Source of the DNA: Rhodosorus marinus CCMP1338
Lineage: Eukaryota > Plantae > Rhodophyta
Direction: 5' to 3'
DNA: 64,000 nucleotides
Assembly (NCBI GenBank): GCA_029953675.1
Contig: JAMWBK010000003.1
Coordinates: forward strand, 744,001-808,000
The notes under the pieces: model-generated
Database searches by the model: none
What the model was told of the DNA's origin: nothing
The model's input: only the letters and a program-made list of their open reading frames with translations
Program-made: the position numbers and the translations under genes
In this document: positions 24,340 to 36,733 of the stretch, one piece after another
How positions within the stretch are numbered: the stretch's first letter is position 1
Layout: each line of letters starts with the position of its first letter

Positions 24340-26499
24340 ATGGATGAACGCGTGGAGAAGAGTCATGGACTGATCCTCATCTTGGATTTTGGATCTCAGT
24401 ACTCGCATTTGATAGCGAGGAGGGTCCGAGACGCGTCGGTGTTTTGTGAGCTCGTTGCTCATGATATCTCGGCTGAGAAGATTAAGGTATAGGCAAACCA
24501 GGCAAATCCGTCGTGGGGTGGATCGCCGTATTTATTTTGTGCGACGGCATTTCAGAGCCTAATCGATCGTGTTTTGACGGAATCTTGTGATGTTCTAGAC
24601 CCTGAATCCCAAGGGGCTTATTCTTTCCGGGGGTCCCGCTTCTGTCTATGAAAATGATGCTCCGCATCTGTCGCCAGGTGTACTTGATCTGGATATACCC
24701 GTACTAGGGATCTGCTACGGACTACAGGAGATTACTCAAACTTTGGGAGGGTCAGTAGTCGCGCACGAGAAGAAGGAGTATGGTTACGCGCAGCTCACAG
24801 TCTCTACTCTTGGAAAGGAGGTATGCTCTTTTCGCTGGACTGAATACGTACAGCACCCTATCGTTGAGCAAGCAAATTCGCAAGCTTACCCTTCATGGTT
24901 GCAACAGGCCTTGTTTAGTGATCTGGAAGATGACTTTTCCGTTTGGATGAGTCACGGGGACAAAATTCATCAACTCCCAGAAGGCTTCGTAGATTGTGGC
25001 ACAACCTCAAATACGGAGCACGCAGCGGTTGCCAATATCGAAAGGAACATTTACGGTCTTCAGTTTCATCCGGAAGTGACACATACAAAGTTCGGGACGC
25101 AGATCCTCAGCAACTTCGTACACGAGATATGCCACTGCGTAGGCGATTGGAGTATGAAGAATTTCATCGAGGAGGTGAGCACAAGAGCGGATTGGGTTCA
25201 TACTGTCCTAGTCCAGCTGGATTGAGCTTGTCATAGGGGAACTAATTCTTGCTGGCCTACCTCCCGCGCAAATCAGGCCACTGAGGAGATTAGGAAGATG
25301 GTTGGAGACGAACTTGTGATAGGTGCCGTTTCCGGAGGAGTGGACTCTACTGTTGCAGCAGTTCTCATGAAGAAAGCAATAGGGGACCAGTTTCAGGCCG
25401 TTTTCGTAAACAACGGCGTCCTCAGAAAGGACGAGGACACTGAGGTGTGCAGCGTTGAACAGTCGAAACAACCTTTCTCCTGTTATTCATGAACGCGGCC
25501 TGCATCGCCAAGTTTTCAAGACGTTTTACTCAAGGGGAAAGCGCTCTTCTACGCCAATAGGTTCAAATCAGGATGCGTGACAAATGCGGTGTCCACCTCA
25601 CCTATGTCGATGCATCCGAGGAGTTCTTGGCAATGCTCGCCGGTGTTACTGAGCCGGAGACGAAACGAAAGATCATTGGAAACACGTTTATTGAGATATT
25701 CGAGCGCGAAGCGAAGGCGTCAGGAGCAAAATTCCTTCTCCAGGTATGTCCGCACGGACCAGCTTAAAGAGCAACCTACGGCGGGGTAGTATTTTACCGT
25801 TCTCGGCGAATCCCCTTCTCGCCCAATAGGGTACTCTGTATCCAGATGTGATTGAGTCCGTATCACACAAGGGCCCCTCTGCAACCATCAAGACGCATCA
25901 TAACGTTGGCGGCTTGCCGGAAAAGATGAACTTGAAGCTTGTTGAGCCCCTTCGACTTCTGTTCAAGGACGAGGTGAGAACTCTAGGATTGATTCTTGGG
26001 ATCGAAGAGGACAGCATATACAGACATCCCTTTCCGGGTCCGGGCCTGTCCATTCGAATCCTCGGTATGTACTTCCCTGTGCAGACAAACCCAATATGTT
26101 TGGTAGGAGCGATGCTAACCTAAAGGTTCTCGCGCTTTGCGTCATTGTTCGTGTTTGGCAGGAGAGATTACGAACGAACGGCTAAGCGTCCTCAAAGAAG
26201 CAGATTCTATATTTATTCATGAACTGCGGGAGGCGGGGTTGTATCGCCAGATCGGACAGGCGTTTGCTGTTTTGTTGCCTTGCAAGGCTGTAGGAGTCAT
26301 GGGAGACTTCCGCACATATGAGGAGGTTATTGCTCTTCGAGCGGTTGAAACAACTGACTACATGACCGCTCACTGGTTCAATCTCCCATATGATCTACTG
26401 CAGCGAGTCTCCACTCGCATTGTGAATGAGATCCGTGGCGTCAATCGTGTGACCTACGACATCACTTCCAAGCCGCCTGGAACTATTGAATGGGAGTAG
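24340..26499 (+). CDS. GMPS: GMP synthase (glutamine-hydrolysing), multi-exon
   Basis: [90 protein letters not shown]. Confidence 0.98.
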
Positions 26500-26719
26500 C
26501 TCGAATTCTTGAAAACATTGGATTGTAATTTCAATTAAAGAAGAATATATATTATAAGCCGCAATCCCAAAGTCCGCGACCATGGCTAAAGGCTTCTCTG
26601 GCTCCCATCCTGCTAATGTCGTCTCTACGAGATGAACCGACCAGATGTTATAAGCAAATGGCAAAAAATTTCACGCGCCCGTTAAGATTCGTTTCTACTA
26701 AGTGCCGCGATAGTCTACT

Positions 26720-27445
26720 TCACTGGACTCGGGCTTCTCGCGCTAGCTCACTCTGCAAAGCGGCAAATACCCTGCTTGGTTCAAGTTCACGGGCTTCTTC
26801 AACAACCCACTTCAAACCATGCTCTAAGTCGGTGGAAACCATGGTTTCCGAAATTCCGTCGTGATAGATCTCCAAGGCACAGCTGGCCCACTCCAAGCCT
26901 CTTCTCTCTAGAGCCTTTCGCACATCTGGAAAAACCATTTGGACTCGGATGGTCCTGTTCAAGAAGTGAACAAAGCGATTCAAGGTGACCGGGAAGACTG
27001 CTCGAACGACTTCAGTACCCTTTAATACGAAAGGTTTATAACCATTTTCCGCAAGCTCCATCTCGAGACTCCGTTTTTCTTCCGGCGGTAGCTGGTCAGT
27101 TTCCTTGTTTCCCATTGCGACGCCTACAATCCACCGACATAGTGCATCGGTACCGTACGTATCCTGCACCTTGTACGGGTTGTCGTAGTAAACGAAAACG
27201 AGCCTCACGCACCTCCTAGCCCCGCTCCGAAGTTTGAATTCCTCAAGTAAACTTTGAGTACAAGATGAGACGTTCGCGTACGGGCCAACGTGACATTTGT
27301 ACCAGATGGGAAGACACTGAAAGTCAGTCTTCCCAAACTCAATCTCGGGTTTATCGAACGCTCCAACATACGAGAATAGCGCAAGAACAAGGCCAACACT
27401 CAACGCCAAGAAGATCGCCACCCCGCTGACCTCGATCTCCATCAT
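26720..27445 (-). CDS. TEX264: TEX264-like membrane-anchored GyrI-like protein, intronless
   Basis: N-terminal TM helix, then WYKCHVGPY, VYYDNPYKV, CRWIVG, NGYKPF, VVRAVFP and ALEIYHDG, matching recalled TEX264 motifs (YKFHMGLY, VYYDNP, CRCAVG, VVTATFP, RLEIY). Confidence 0.72.
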   Translation of the reverse strand: MMEIEVSGVAIFLALSVGLVLALFSYVGAFDKPEIEFGKTDFQCLPIWYKCHVGPYANVSSCTQSLLEEFKLRSGARRCVRLVFVYYDNPYKVQDTYGTDALCRWIVGVAMGNKETDQLPPEEKRSLEMELAENGYKPFVLKGTEVVRAVFPVTLNRFVHFLNRTIRVQMVFPDVRKALERRGLEWASCALEIYHDGISETMVSTDLEHGLKWVVEEARELEPSRVFAALQSELAREARVQ

Positions 27446-28419
27446 TCACGAGATCTATTCCTCGATATTCTCAACAGACTCCATTTTCTCCTTCTCCCCA
27501 ACCAGCTCCCCTCCAATCTGAAAACGGGGCTCGTCTCGACAAAAAAAACCTCACCGCCAACACTCCTTCATCAACCGATTTCCTCATAAAACTGGATCAC
27601 CAAAAAAAAGGTTGCTCCTCCCAGCGCCTCCCAGCCCACAAAACCCGCGAACAGCACAGCAACCTGAATAACAAAAGAAAAGGAGGGGGGAAAAAGACCA
27701 GAACCAACTTACAAATAAAAAGGTCCAAAAAAGAAATCACGGCTCTAGTCCTAATCCTTTCCCTACTAAACTCCCATTCCTCCCTCCTCCCACCTCCCCA
27801 CCTCCCCACCTCCCCACCTCCTCCCCACGCAGAAAGAAAAACAACTCTCACGAGACATTTTTGTACTTTTTCTTCAGACGATAAGAATTCGTCCAACATC
27901 ACATGAAGATGTTTCCTATCTTTTCCAGACATGTGGGGCAAAAAAATAAAAAGCTAAAGGCGTTTTCCATCGAAAAAGGCGTTTCCCGTCAACAAGCGAA
28001 TTGTTGCTAAATAAAAAAGAAAAAGAAAAAAGAAAAAGATCATTTCATCAAAATGTTTTAGCCCTTTTTACTTAATCGTTAAATAAATTACTTAAATTCA
28101 AATCTTGTCCACCTAAAATTGGGGGTAAGATATTTGAATTTTAGAAATAAGAACTTGGTTGAGAGTGTTTTCTTGGTCGGAAAATGGAATATTCCTTGCC
28201 CTATATCCTAATAATGGATTTATTACCTACCCTTAGAACAGTTGTAGTAGTTCGTCTAATATCATCGATATAGTTTCTGGTTTTTATATTGTTTGGTTTG
28301 GAGTAGGAATTTTTCAGGGGGTATGTGGTTGTGTGTGTGTATACAACCTTTTTTCCGGGATTTATGATGAGTTTTGTTTTTTGTTTGTTTTTTGTCAAAT
28401 GCTGAGGGAAAGCGATGAG

Positions 28420-29558
28420 GCGCTGCTGTCGGTTCGGTTGGTTCGACGATGAGAATGTGATCTTTCGTTCTGTTTATGATCCCGTCATAGCTTATCAGGT
28501 AATTAGTTCCATATGTGGGCAAGATGTGTGTCGTCATCCAGATAAGACCCGCTGAGCATGGATTGAACGCCCGGCCACTGGCCACGCCTTCGTCAGCTCT
28601 CCGGCTCGTGTAACACTCCTAATGATATACGGGGCCCAGAGTAGCTTCGAGAGTAACCAGCTGGGACTGTATATCGGGAGAACCAGGAAACGCTGGTCGA
28701 CCTGCGGATCAGGGGCAGCAAAGGAGGTCTACCGAATTCTTCGTGAACGGTTCTGTGCTAGCAGTATTGGTTGTGCCGCTTCCTGGAGTACCTCATTCGG
28801 GACCTTAGCCTCTGATTAAACCGATTCATTCATGGGTTGTGTTCGCCTTGGCCGATTACTATAGAGCTTGACGGACGTTTTCGATTGTAAACGTTCCTGC
28901 GTGTCGCTCGACAGGTGCTCCCCGCGTTCCGTGCGGATTGGACGGACATTCCTAGATGAAATACCCCCTAGCCGCCGCAGTACACATGGTGTACAACATT
29001 TCCACCATTGTTCCAGCTCGACCGGACTTTGGCCGCGCATGCACGACGAAAGTTGCACCGAACTGGCGCGGGAGCTGAACCGCCGGAAACTCATCGATAA
29101 GCAAGAACTGGAAAGCTACTTCGAGAACTACCGGCTGCGACGGGATGTTGTTGATACTCGTCCGAAGACGTTCCAACGGTTTGCTCTGGATGCTACTGTG
29201 ACATCGTTCCTGCAGGGCTAGAGTACCCGAACCGGAGTCGGGCTGAGAACGATTTTGGGCAAAACTAGCCGAGAGTTCCAAGCAGTCCCACTACAAGGAG
29301 GCGATGTCTAACGAAAAGCCAGTCGAGAAGTTCATCCCACCAGCGATCGAGACTTTTGGACGTACCGGGCGATTGGCCCAAGAGTTCTTGCGAGACAGCT
29401 GTAAGCACCTACTAAACAGGACGAACGAGCTGAGCGACGCACGAGCTCAAATGGGCAGGACGCTTTGGCAAGGAAACGCCGAGCTTGCGATAGGAGCTTT
29501 GCGTGTGCGTCAGATGGACAATCCACTGGTCCCTATTTCTCTTTCCAACGTAGCATGA
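28420..29558 (+). mobile_element. Degenerate, 5'-truncated non-LTR retrotransposon with restriction-like endonuclease (CRE-like/RLE class)
   Basis: Zinc-knuckle-like HGVQHFHHCSSSTGLWPRMHD; PD-(D/E)xK-like RRDVV...RFALDATVTS; after a frameshift FIPPAIETFGRTGRLAQEFL; in-frame stops. Confidence 0.72.
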
Positions 29559-29576
29559 GACCCCGATAGCGGGGTC
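29559..29576 (+). other. Perfect 7-bp hairpin immediately 3' of the retroelement stop codon
   Basis: GACCCCG-ATAG-CGGGGTC. Confidence 0.7.
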
Positions 29577-29891
29577 AACCTGACCTTTCCCCTTATAGGG
29601 ATAGAAACGGTGTTGTGCCCCAGTAGGTAGCTGCCCAGTAAAGGTTACGGTTACAGCTCTCCCAAACAGCAACCGGTCCCTCTTTGCGTGCGCTCCTGCC
29701 ACCAGCATCGTCGTGTCTCGGTTCCTTACATTTCGCGTCGGGCTTGCATCTGACTAGGTACTCGTGTTGAGGGTTTGCTCCTATGCATGGCAAGTTCATG
29801 TAGTAAACGGGGGAATGGCATAGCTTTGAAGTGATTTACATGATTTAGCTCTTCCGTATGTGTCGCTCACTGAAGAGGTCTATATCTCAAC

Positions 29892-30814
29892 TTAGTCAAA
29901 GGCATCTGGGGGCAGGAGGGTGCGCAGGGTGGTTTCAAGTCCCCTTGGAAGAGTGACATCTCCTAGAGGAATTTTGTCGAAATACATCTGCTCCGGCAGA
30001 ACAAAAACAGAAAAACACGATTTTTAGGACCTTTCCACGTGCGAACAATCCATGTAGTGGCATCAGATAAACCTCAAGCCAACGCCCTCCAAAAGGTATT
30101 GCGAGCGACTGCAGAGGTAAACAGAACATTTTTGTCGTTCGCTCAATGCAGCTTAGAAATAGGACACGTACCTGCTCTACCAAGTGAAAGGCTATCTCCT
30201 TCTCTCGCGTGCCGATTGACTTTGAGCAGACATTCAGCAGTATATCGTAGCTGCTAGCTGTCGGTGTCCTGCCAGTTTTCTGTGACAATGCAAACGCACG
30301 GAACTGAGCTTGAAAATCCTTTCACAAGGAAGGAGAGCAGTTATCAAACCTTCATCAGAGTGAGAAAGTAGACTCCTTTTTCCAAGTCTCCCTGATCGGC
30401 CGCTACTTTTATCAGAGTATTCCATTCTTCTACGCTTGCGCTCTCATCTGAACCAGTAGACTCAGATATTCTCAGCCAACACGAAGCAAAGTGTCATCCC
30501 TTGAAGTGAAAGACACGATTCAACCACCTCACTTACCGCTGTCCTTCATCTTCTCCGCAAGCTGATGCCAGAGCTCATCCAGCGACTCCGAGGCCGCGAC
30601 CATGCGCACTCTCGTTCTCCTCACGCCCTGCACCAAAAGAGAAAAACACAGAGCAAACACAAACTCTGGTTCAGTCAAACCCATTTTCTCCTCAAAAACT
30701 TTCCGATCCCCTCCTGCATCCACTCACCGACAGTCTTCCACTGCTCCTGCACACCGCATCGTACTTCAAATGCTGGGCACCAAGAAACCCACTCGTACCC
30801 ACAAACCCAATCAT
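29892..30814 (-). CDS. Small plastid-targeted protein with two PPR-like repeats, 5 exons (~160 aa)
   Basis: MIGFVGTSGFLG... transit peptide; WNTLIKVAADQGDLEKGVYFLTLMK and PTASSYDILLNVCSKS...AFHLVEQM; all joins GT-AG and in phase. Confidence 0.7.
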
Positions 30815-32593
30815 CCTTGGCCAAAAGCAAAGACACCAACAATAAAGACTTTTGAACACAGAAACACAGGAGAAAAAAAAAAAAAAAAAAAAAGAACCAA
30901 ATTCTCTCCACCTCCTCAATCTTCCTTCCTTCGACACTCCCAATCCAAACGAATGACCCTCCGGCCCCTCTTCCCCTTCCCCACCAGACTCCTCATCTCA
31001 ATATCTCCAGGAAGCCCCCCCCCCCCCAAAAAACAAACATTCCTCTGCAATCCCAGTCTATTCAAAAATATCCATAAAACAAAAAATAGCATTCGACATT
31101 CCTTTCTTACTTCTTTTTTCTATTTCTTTCTATTTCATCCTATAAACAAATATTTTGATATAATAACACATTAAAAACAACAGGGATATCCTCAAAAAAT
31201 GAATTATTCTATATATTTTAGCCAATAAATGTAGCGATGAACGGACATGTGCCAATAAAAGATCGCTCAGCAAAGAGTTTCTCAAGAAGGGAGTTTTTTA
31301 TTCTTATTATTAGAATAGAAATCGTCGGTCGTCGACTTTGGTCCGCTCTCGACGATCTCAAATAGATTGAAAAATGGTCAATTGATTGACTAAGGATTAT
31401 GATGATTGATTACTGTCGACGATGGAGGTTGGACATGGGCAAACCTATGCTTGGGGATGGTGCAAACTTAAGAAGAGGCTTTTCCTTAAGATTTGAGTGT
31501 TGGCTAGACATCGTGGAGATTTTTCATGATTTAGTAAACGGATCCATTAGACGATTTACTTTGTGTAGTTCTGTTGAAGGGCTGGATTAGGCGTCAGGAA
31601 TCTCCCTCTCTGGGTTTCTGCAAGTGGGCTCGTTCCGGGCTTTTTTTCTCACTGAATGAGCTGTCGGCGATGGATGCTCTCTAGATTGAGGGCAGAGCTA
31701 TTTATTCTCTTTACGAGTTGACGAGGTTAATCCTCGGCCACCTGAATATCATTGGCAGGCAGTCGTTACCATATAACTTGTGAAAAGTGTTGTGGGAAAT
31801 CTTCCGGGACAGTGGCAAAGAAAAAACGTAGATAAGAGGAACAGGACGCCCGACCTTCACGAACATAAACTGCACATTACTTTATATATATATCTTTGCC
31901 TCTTCGTGCCCATTCTGTTAAAGATCCCGGGAAATTCAAGTGAACTCTGCGCTCTGCCCGACCCGCTCATCAGGGCCTTTCCTTTTCGTGATAATTTGAT
32001 GACACAAACGAATCTCTGCAGTGCCATACTCGGTGGTAGCTGTCTTTCCGCAATCGCTTCTTATAAGACCACGTCCGGTCATGAGGGAGCGTGTATCTCA
32101 AGAACGGCATGAACCTTTCCCAAGCTGCTGATCATCAACAAAAAAAGGAAAACAATATGAATTGTAGAGAAAAACATAATAACCGAATTCAATGAGTCTC
32201 ATTGAAACTTTTCAATGGTTCTATCCAGTTCGATGTAATGATTGGACAGACTCAATCCAACATCACGAGATATCAAATCAAGAGCGATTACGGATGAATT
32301 TTGATATGATCTATCAAATTAATTTTAATATTAAGTAAGTCCGTGAGAAGGTATGAATCCGTTGAGGACCTGCTTTGCAATGGGTTTGAACCAGCCATAG
32401 TTGCTGGTGGGATAGACTTTGTTGGTACTTAGATGCTGCATAAAAGGGAAAGAGATGCCCTGGGTGTATGAGGATGTCTTCAATGATACAAGGTGATTAA
32501 AAGGGTACTTGGATTTCACTGATACGTAAATGAGAAAGGCTCTTGTCTTGGAGGTGGCGTGGGGAATTTCGCTGGGCTGCGGGGAGGATCGTA

Positions 32594-35115
32594 ATGAATC
32601 GATGGCTGGGAGGGGTCAGCGGGGGTGGGGTTCTGGACATGGCCTTGAGGTATGGCGGTAGACGTGGATATAGGGCTATGACATACGGTGCTCTGAGAAA
32701 ACCGAGTGGAGTTGCGTTTACGCGCTCACGGGGGCTTGAAGTTGTGTACGATCCAATGATCAATCAGGGCACGCATTTCAGCGATGTTCTTAGAGAGAGA
32801 ATGCACATACGGGGATTGGTACCGCCATCTGTTCAACCCCTCGACATGCAAGCTCAGAGAATCGTGAAGAGCCTCAATGATATCGAAAAACCCATTGACA
32901 AGTACTCGTTTCTCCAGCAGCTGCTGGATAGGAACGTCGTGCTCTTCTACAAAGTATTGGTGGAACATTTCTGCGAACTCGCTCCAATCGTGTATACTCC
33001 AACCGTTGGGCAAGCATGTCAGTTTCTTGACCTGATCTACCGCCGAACAAAAGGAATGTGGTGCGTCTACGAAGGAAAATGAAGAGGAACCAACTATACG
33101 AACTTCCAACAGCACTATCGGGTTGCTCAATAGTCCCCGTCCCCGTTTGATCTCTAGGTTTTCTGTCTACGACATCGGAATGATGAAGTCCATGACCTAC
33201 AACTGGCCAGAGGACGACGTCGATGTCATTGTGGTGACCGATGGCGGTCGAATTCTCGGTTTGGGTGATCTTGGATCTAACGGCATGGCAGTAAGTCACA
33301 AAGTTCTGATCATCAACTTCTGTGTGACTATTGGAATCTTGTACTGTCTACAAGCTTGAGAAGAGTAGCAGTCGCCCCTTCTCAAGGCGGGAGTATTGCA
33401 GTGGCTCAGCCCTTTGCTTTTCGCGTCTCTGCCAACAGATCCCAATCGGTAAGCTAAACCTGTATGTTGCTGGAGGGGGCCTCCACCCCAAAAAGACTCT
33501 TCCGGTGACGATAGACGTTGGAACAGACAATGAGACGTTGTTGAACAACCCGATGTACCTTGGAGTCCATAGGAGAAGACTAGAGGGAGAGGACTACATG
33601 CGGTTTGTCGAGGAATGGATGGATGCGGTCACCACTCGGTGGCCGAATGCGTGCATTCAGTTTGAGGATTTTGGTACCGCGAATGCTTTTGCCCTCCTGG
33701 AGAAGTATCGGGATCGATACCTCTGCTTCAACGACGACATTCAGAGCACGGGATGCATTGGTAAGCTCTCACCGTTTCACCTGGAAAAAAAGGAATCGAA
33801 AGAGTAGGATGCACGGAGCATGGAAGGAGAACCACGTCTTGCCTCTGGACAAGCGCGTGGATGAACTTCATTTCAGTACACTGTCCAAACGCGGCCATCG
33901 AGACAATCAGATAAGGGGTTTCGGACCTGATGCTCGCCTTGAAATGGGTTGTGTAAAGGACTTCTCTGAGCTTCGAATCAGGAGATGGCCTGCTCGATGA
34001 CGACCATACTCCATTAGGATTCCCTGCTCTCCAGCAGTATGGATATCTAACTTTTCTGTTTCTTTGTCTTCACAGCTCTGGCAAGCGTTCTAGCGTCGCT
34101 GCGAGCAAGAGGGCTGAGCTTTGGAGACCTCGTAGGAGAGAGAATTGTAATCGCTGGGGCAGGTAGTGCTGGTTTGGGTGTTTGTGAGCAAATCGTTCAG
34201 GTTCGTACAGCTCAGGAAATTTTTTGTCTACCGCTTCGGATAGACTTAGTTCGCAGTTTAAATTCGTGGTAACAGTATGTCGCAAGCAAAGGCGTCGACT
34301 CAAAGGAGGCATATGCACGATTCTGGATGCTGGACCATCATGGTCTGATTGGAAAGGGAAGACCAGCAGAGGATTTACTCTTTTCGCAGGGCTCTTTTCA
34401 ACGCAGTGATCTTCCCTCTGGAATGGGACTCCTCGAAGTCGTCCGCGCTGTGAAACCCACGATCCTCATTGGTCTTAGCGGCGCTAAAGGAATTTTCACA
34501 GGAGACGTGCTGCGGGAGATGTCAAAGCATGTAGAAAGACCCGTGATTCTTCCACTTTCCAACCCATCGGACAATTCGGAGTGCACCGCAGAGGAGGCAT
34601 GCAAGCATACGAAAGGAAAGGCTATTTTTGCGAGCGGCAGCCCATTTCCGTCCGTGAAGATGTCGGATGGGAGGGTCATGCACACGAACCAGTGCAACAA
34701 CATCTACAGCTTTCCTGGTAGGTGACGGACCCCTTATGCGAGGAGCGAGGAACAGCAGGATCGGATCGAGAGCTGCCCTCGGAACGAACGCTCACGTTCT
34801 TCCACGTTCTTCTGCGTAGGTATGGGGCTCGCCGTGAGCACGTGCGGACTTCGCAGGGTCACCGATAAAATGTTTCTTGCGTCTGCTGTGAAAATCGCTT
34901 CCCTCATGAGCGACGAGGACGTTTCAAAGGGTATTCTATTCCCACCTTTAGCACAGCTGAGAGATGTCTCCGCTCATGTCGCTGCCGCAATTGTCGAGGA
35001 GGCCATGAAGCAGGACTTGCTTCGGGACCCACCTCCTCCGGATGAAGACATCGTTGATTTTATGGCAACCTCCATGTGGACTCCATACTACGATGTTCTG
35101 GTTCCAGTTCACTAG
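32594..35115 (+). CDS. NAD-dependent malic enzyme, mitochondrial (plant type), multi-exon
   Basis: Arg-rich presequence; PIVYTPTVGQAC, NWPEDDVDVIVVTDGGRILGLGDLG, IQFEDF, FNDDIQSTG, IAGAGSAG, LSNPSDNSEC, FASGSPF, NQCNNIYSFPG. Confidence 0.96.
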
Positions 35116-35389
35116 CCCGCTTCACGGCTTGTATGAAAGCCTTCTAATTACTTCTAACAGATACACAATTACAAAGGTTGCAATCTACGCATTCTCATGA
35201 ATCTCCCTCGACGCAGACTATTCTGCATGATGCTGCTTTGTCGCTTCCAACTAGCAGCTTAGCCAGAGTGTTTCGGTCACTGCCGCTCGCTAGTGGGTGT
35301 CTCATTTAAGTTTGCCTAGCAGAAGCGTCAGTTGCTGTTCGTCCGCTTCCGTTGGCAAGTATTTCCGCAGGCGGCGAGGTGATCCGTCA

Positions 35390-36733
35390 TCAGCTGTTGA
35401 TATCCATAATCGCGGCCGGATGTAAGAAACTTGGAGCGTCCTTTGGGTGCGCAGTTTCCCCTTGTTCTCCTGGAAGTCGAAGGAGTCTAATAGACAGAGG
35501 CTTGTTCCACCGCATGGCTAAAGCGCCGACGTCCATCACGACCTTCGAGATCTCTTCCGCCGTGAGCGAATGTGATATTGGGATGGTATCTAGCCCAACG
35601 CCACAGACCGACGATAGTTGCAGAAGGGACGAAAGCCCTAGCGAAGCATCGTTCACGCGCTTACAAAGGGTGATGTCTTCGAGCACGGGGAGCATAACTC
35701 CAGCGTAGCCGACCGTTTTCACATTGAGCGTCCTCAGCGCACTGCTGATTGCTGCAACGACCGAAATGGATCCCACAGAACCTATCGGCCGGTTTTTTAA
35801 GCTGATTTCAATCGCCTTTCCGATGCTAGTCTTGCCATCTATACAAGGATTCGCAGACGGATCGATGCCGCAGTATGTTGCTACAAGTTTGCGTGGCTCT
35901 GTACAAGTCTTCAAAGTCGTCACCACAATCTCTTCTATCTTCATGAGGTGCGGCTCCAGCAGTTTCTTGACGTTGTTATGAAGCTCTGAAGGGCACGTCG
36001 AGATTTCTGCGGCTTGCTCAAGGATGTCAGAGTTTTCAGTTGCAATAGAAATCAGGAAAGCGGACTCCTGAGACGTTGAGGTAGGAACTTCTCGGGATGC
36101 GACCGGCAGGAAAGGAATATTGTCAGGCATCGGTCCACAGGATACACAGAAATTAAAGCCCTGTCGCCAATCCAATGTGCTTATCACCTCGGAAAGCTTC
36201 AGCGCATGATCTTCGTCCGGAAGCTGCTGGTGTACTGCACCGTGCCTCAAGTGCGCCGAGCATGAGATCCTTGGAGATATCTCGATAAATCTCGGAATCC
36301 ATTTCAAGTCTTCATCGCTCATCGCTCTTCCGAGAGAGATGGCATCGATATCGAGCTCTTCGAGCTCACGTGCCAGGGACTCCAGATCGACGCTTTGTAC
36401 CCACCTCCCGAAGGGGTCAGTCCCCAGTCGCACAAAATCAGTCGGAACGCCTTGATCTTCTAGCGCGGCCTTGATTTGGACCCCAGTCCAGTTTGCATCT
36501 CGTAACCTCTGCCTCAGCAATGACCAGTCCTCACTGCCACAAAGCCCGACTGTCACAGCCCTCACTCTCATCTTGGAAGAAGGACAGACCGTTCTTATGG
36601 CTCTTTTTTGCCGATGATCGAAACAGGTAGTAGTTGTCTCCGTTCGACAAGCATCCAGTTGTTCCTCATCGATGGAGAGCAAGATTTTCTTCCTCCCGGT
36701 TGATAAACCCGACAGCTCGAAAACTCTTTCCAT
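35390..36733 (-). CDS. DUF711 (UPF0210) family protein, intronless; true start may be at MRVRAVTVGL
   Basis: VGYAGVMLPVLED, SSVCGVGLDTIP, DVGALAMRWNKPLSIRL are recalled DUF711 motifs. Confidence 0.85.
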   Translation of the reverse strand: MERVFELSGLSTGRKKILLSIDEEQLDACRTETTTTCFDHRQKRAIRTVCPSSKMRVRAVTVGLCGSEDWSLLRQRLRDANWTGVQIKAALEDQGVPTDFVRLGTDPFGRWVQSVDLESLARELEELDIDAISLGRAMSDEDLKWIPRFIEISPRISCSAHLRHGAVHQQLPDEDHALKLSEVISTLDWRQGFNFCVSCGPMPDNIPFLPVASREVPTSTSQESAFLISIATENSDILEQAAEISTCPSELHNNVKKLLEPHLMKIEEIVVTTLKTCTEPRKLVATYCGIDPSANPCIDGKTSIGKAIEISLKNRPIGSVGSISVVAAISSALRTLNVKTVGYAGVMLPVLEDITLCKRVNDASLGLSSLLQLSSVCGVGLDTIPISHSLTAEEISKVVMDVGALAMRWNKPLSIRLLRLPGEQGETAHPKDAPSFLHPAAIMDINS

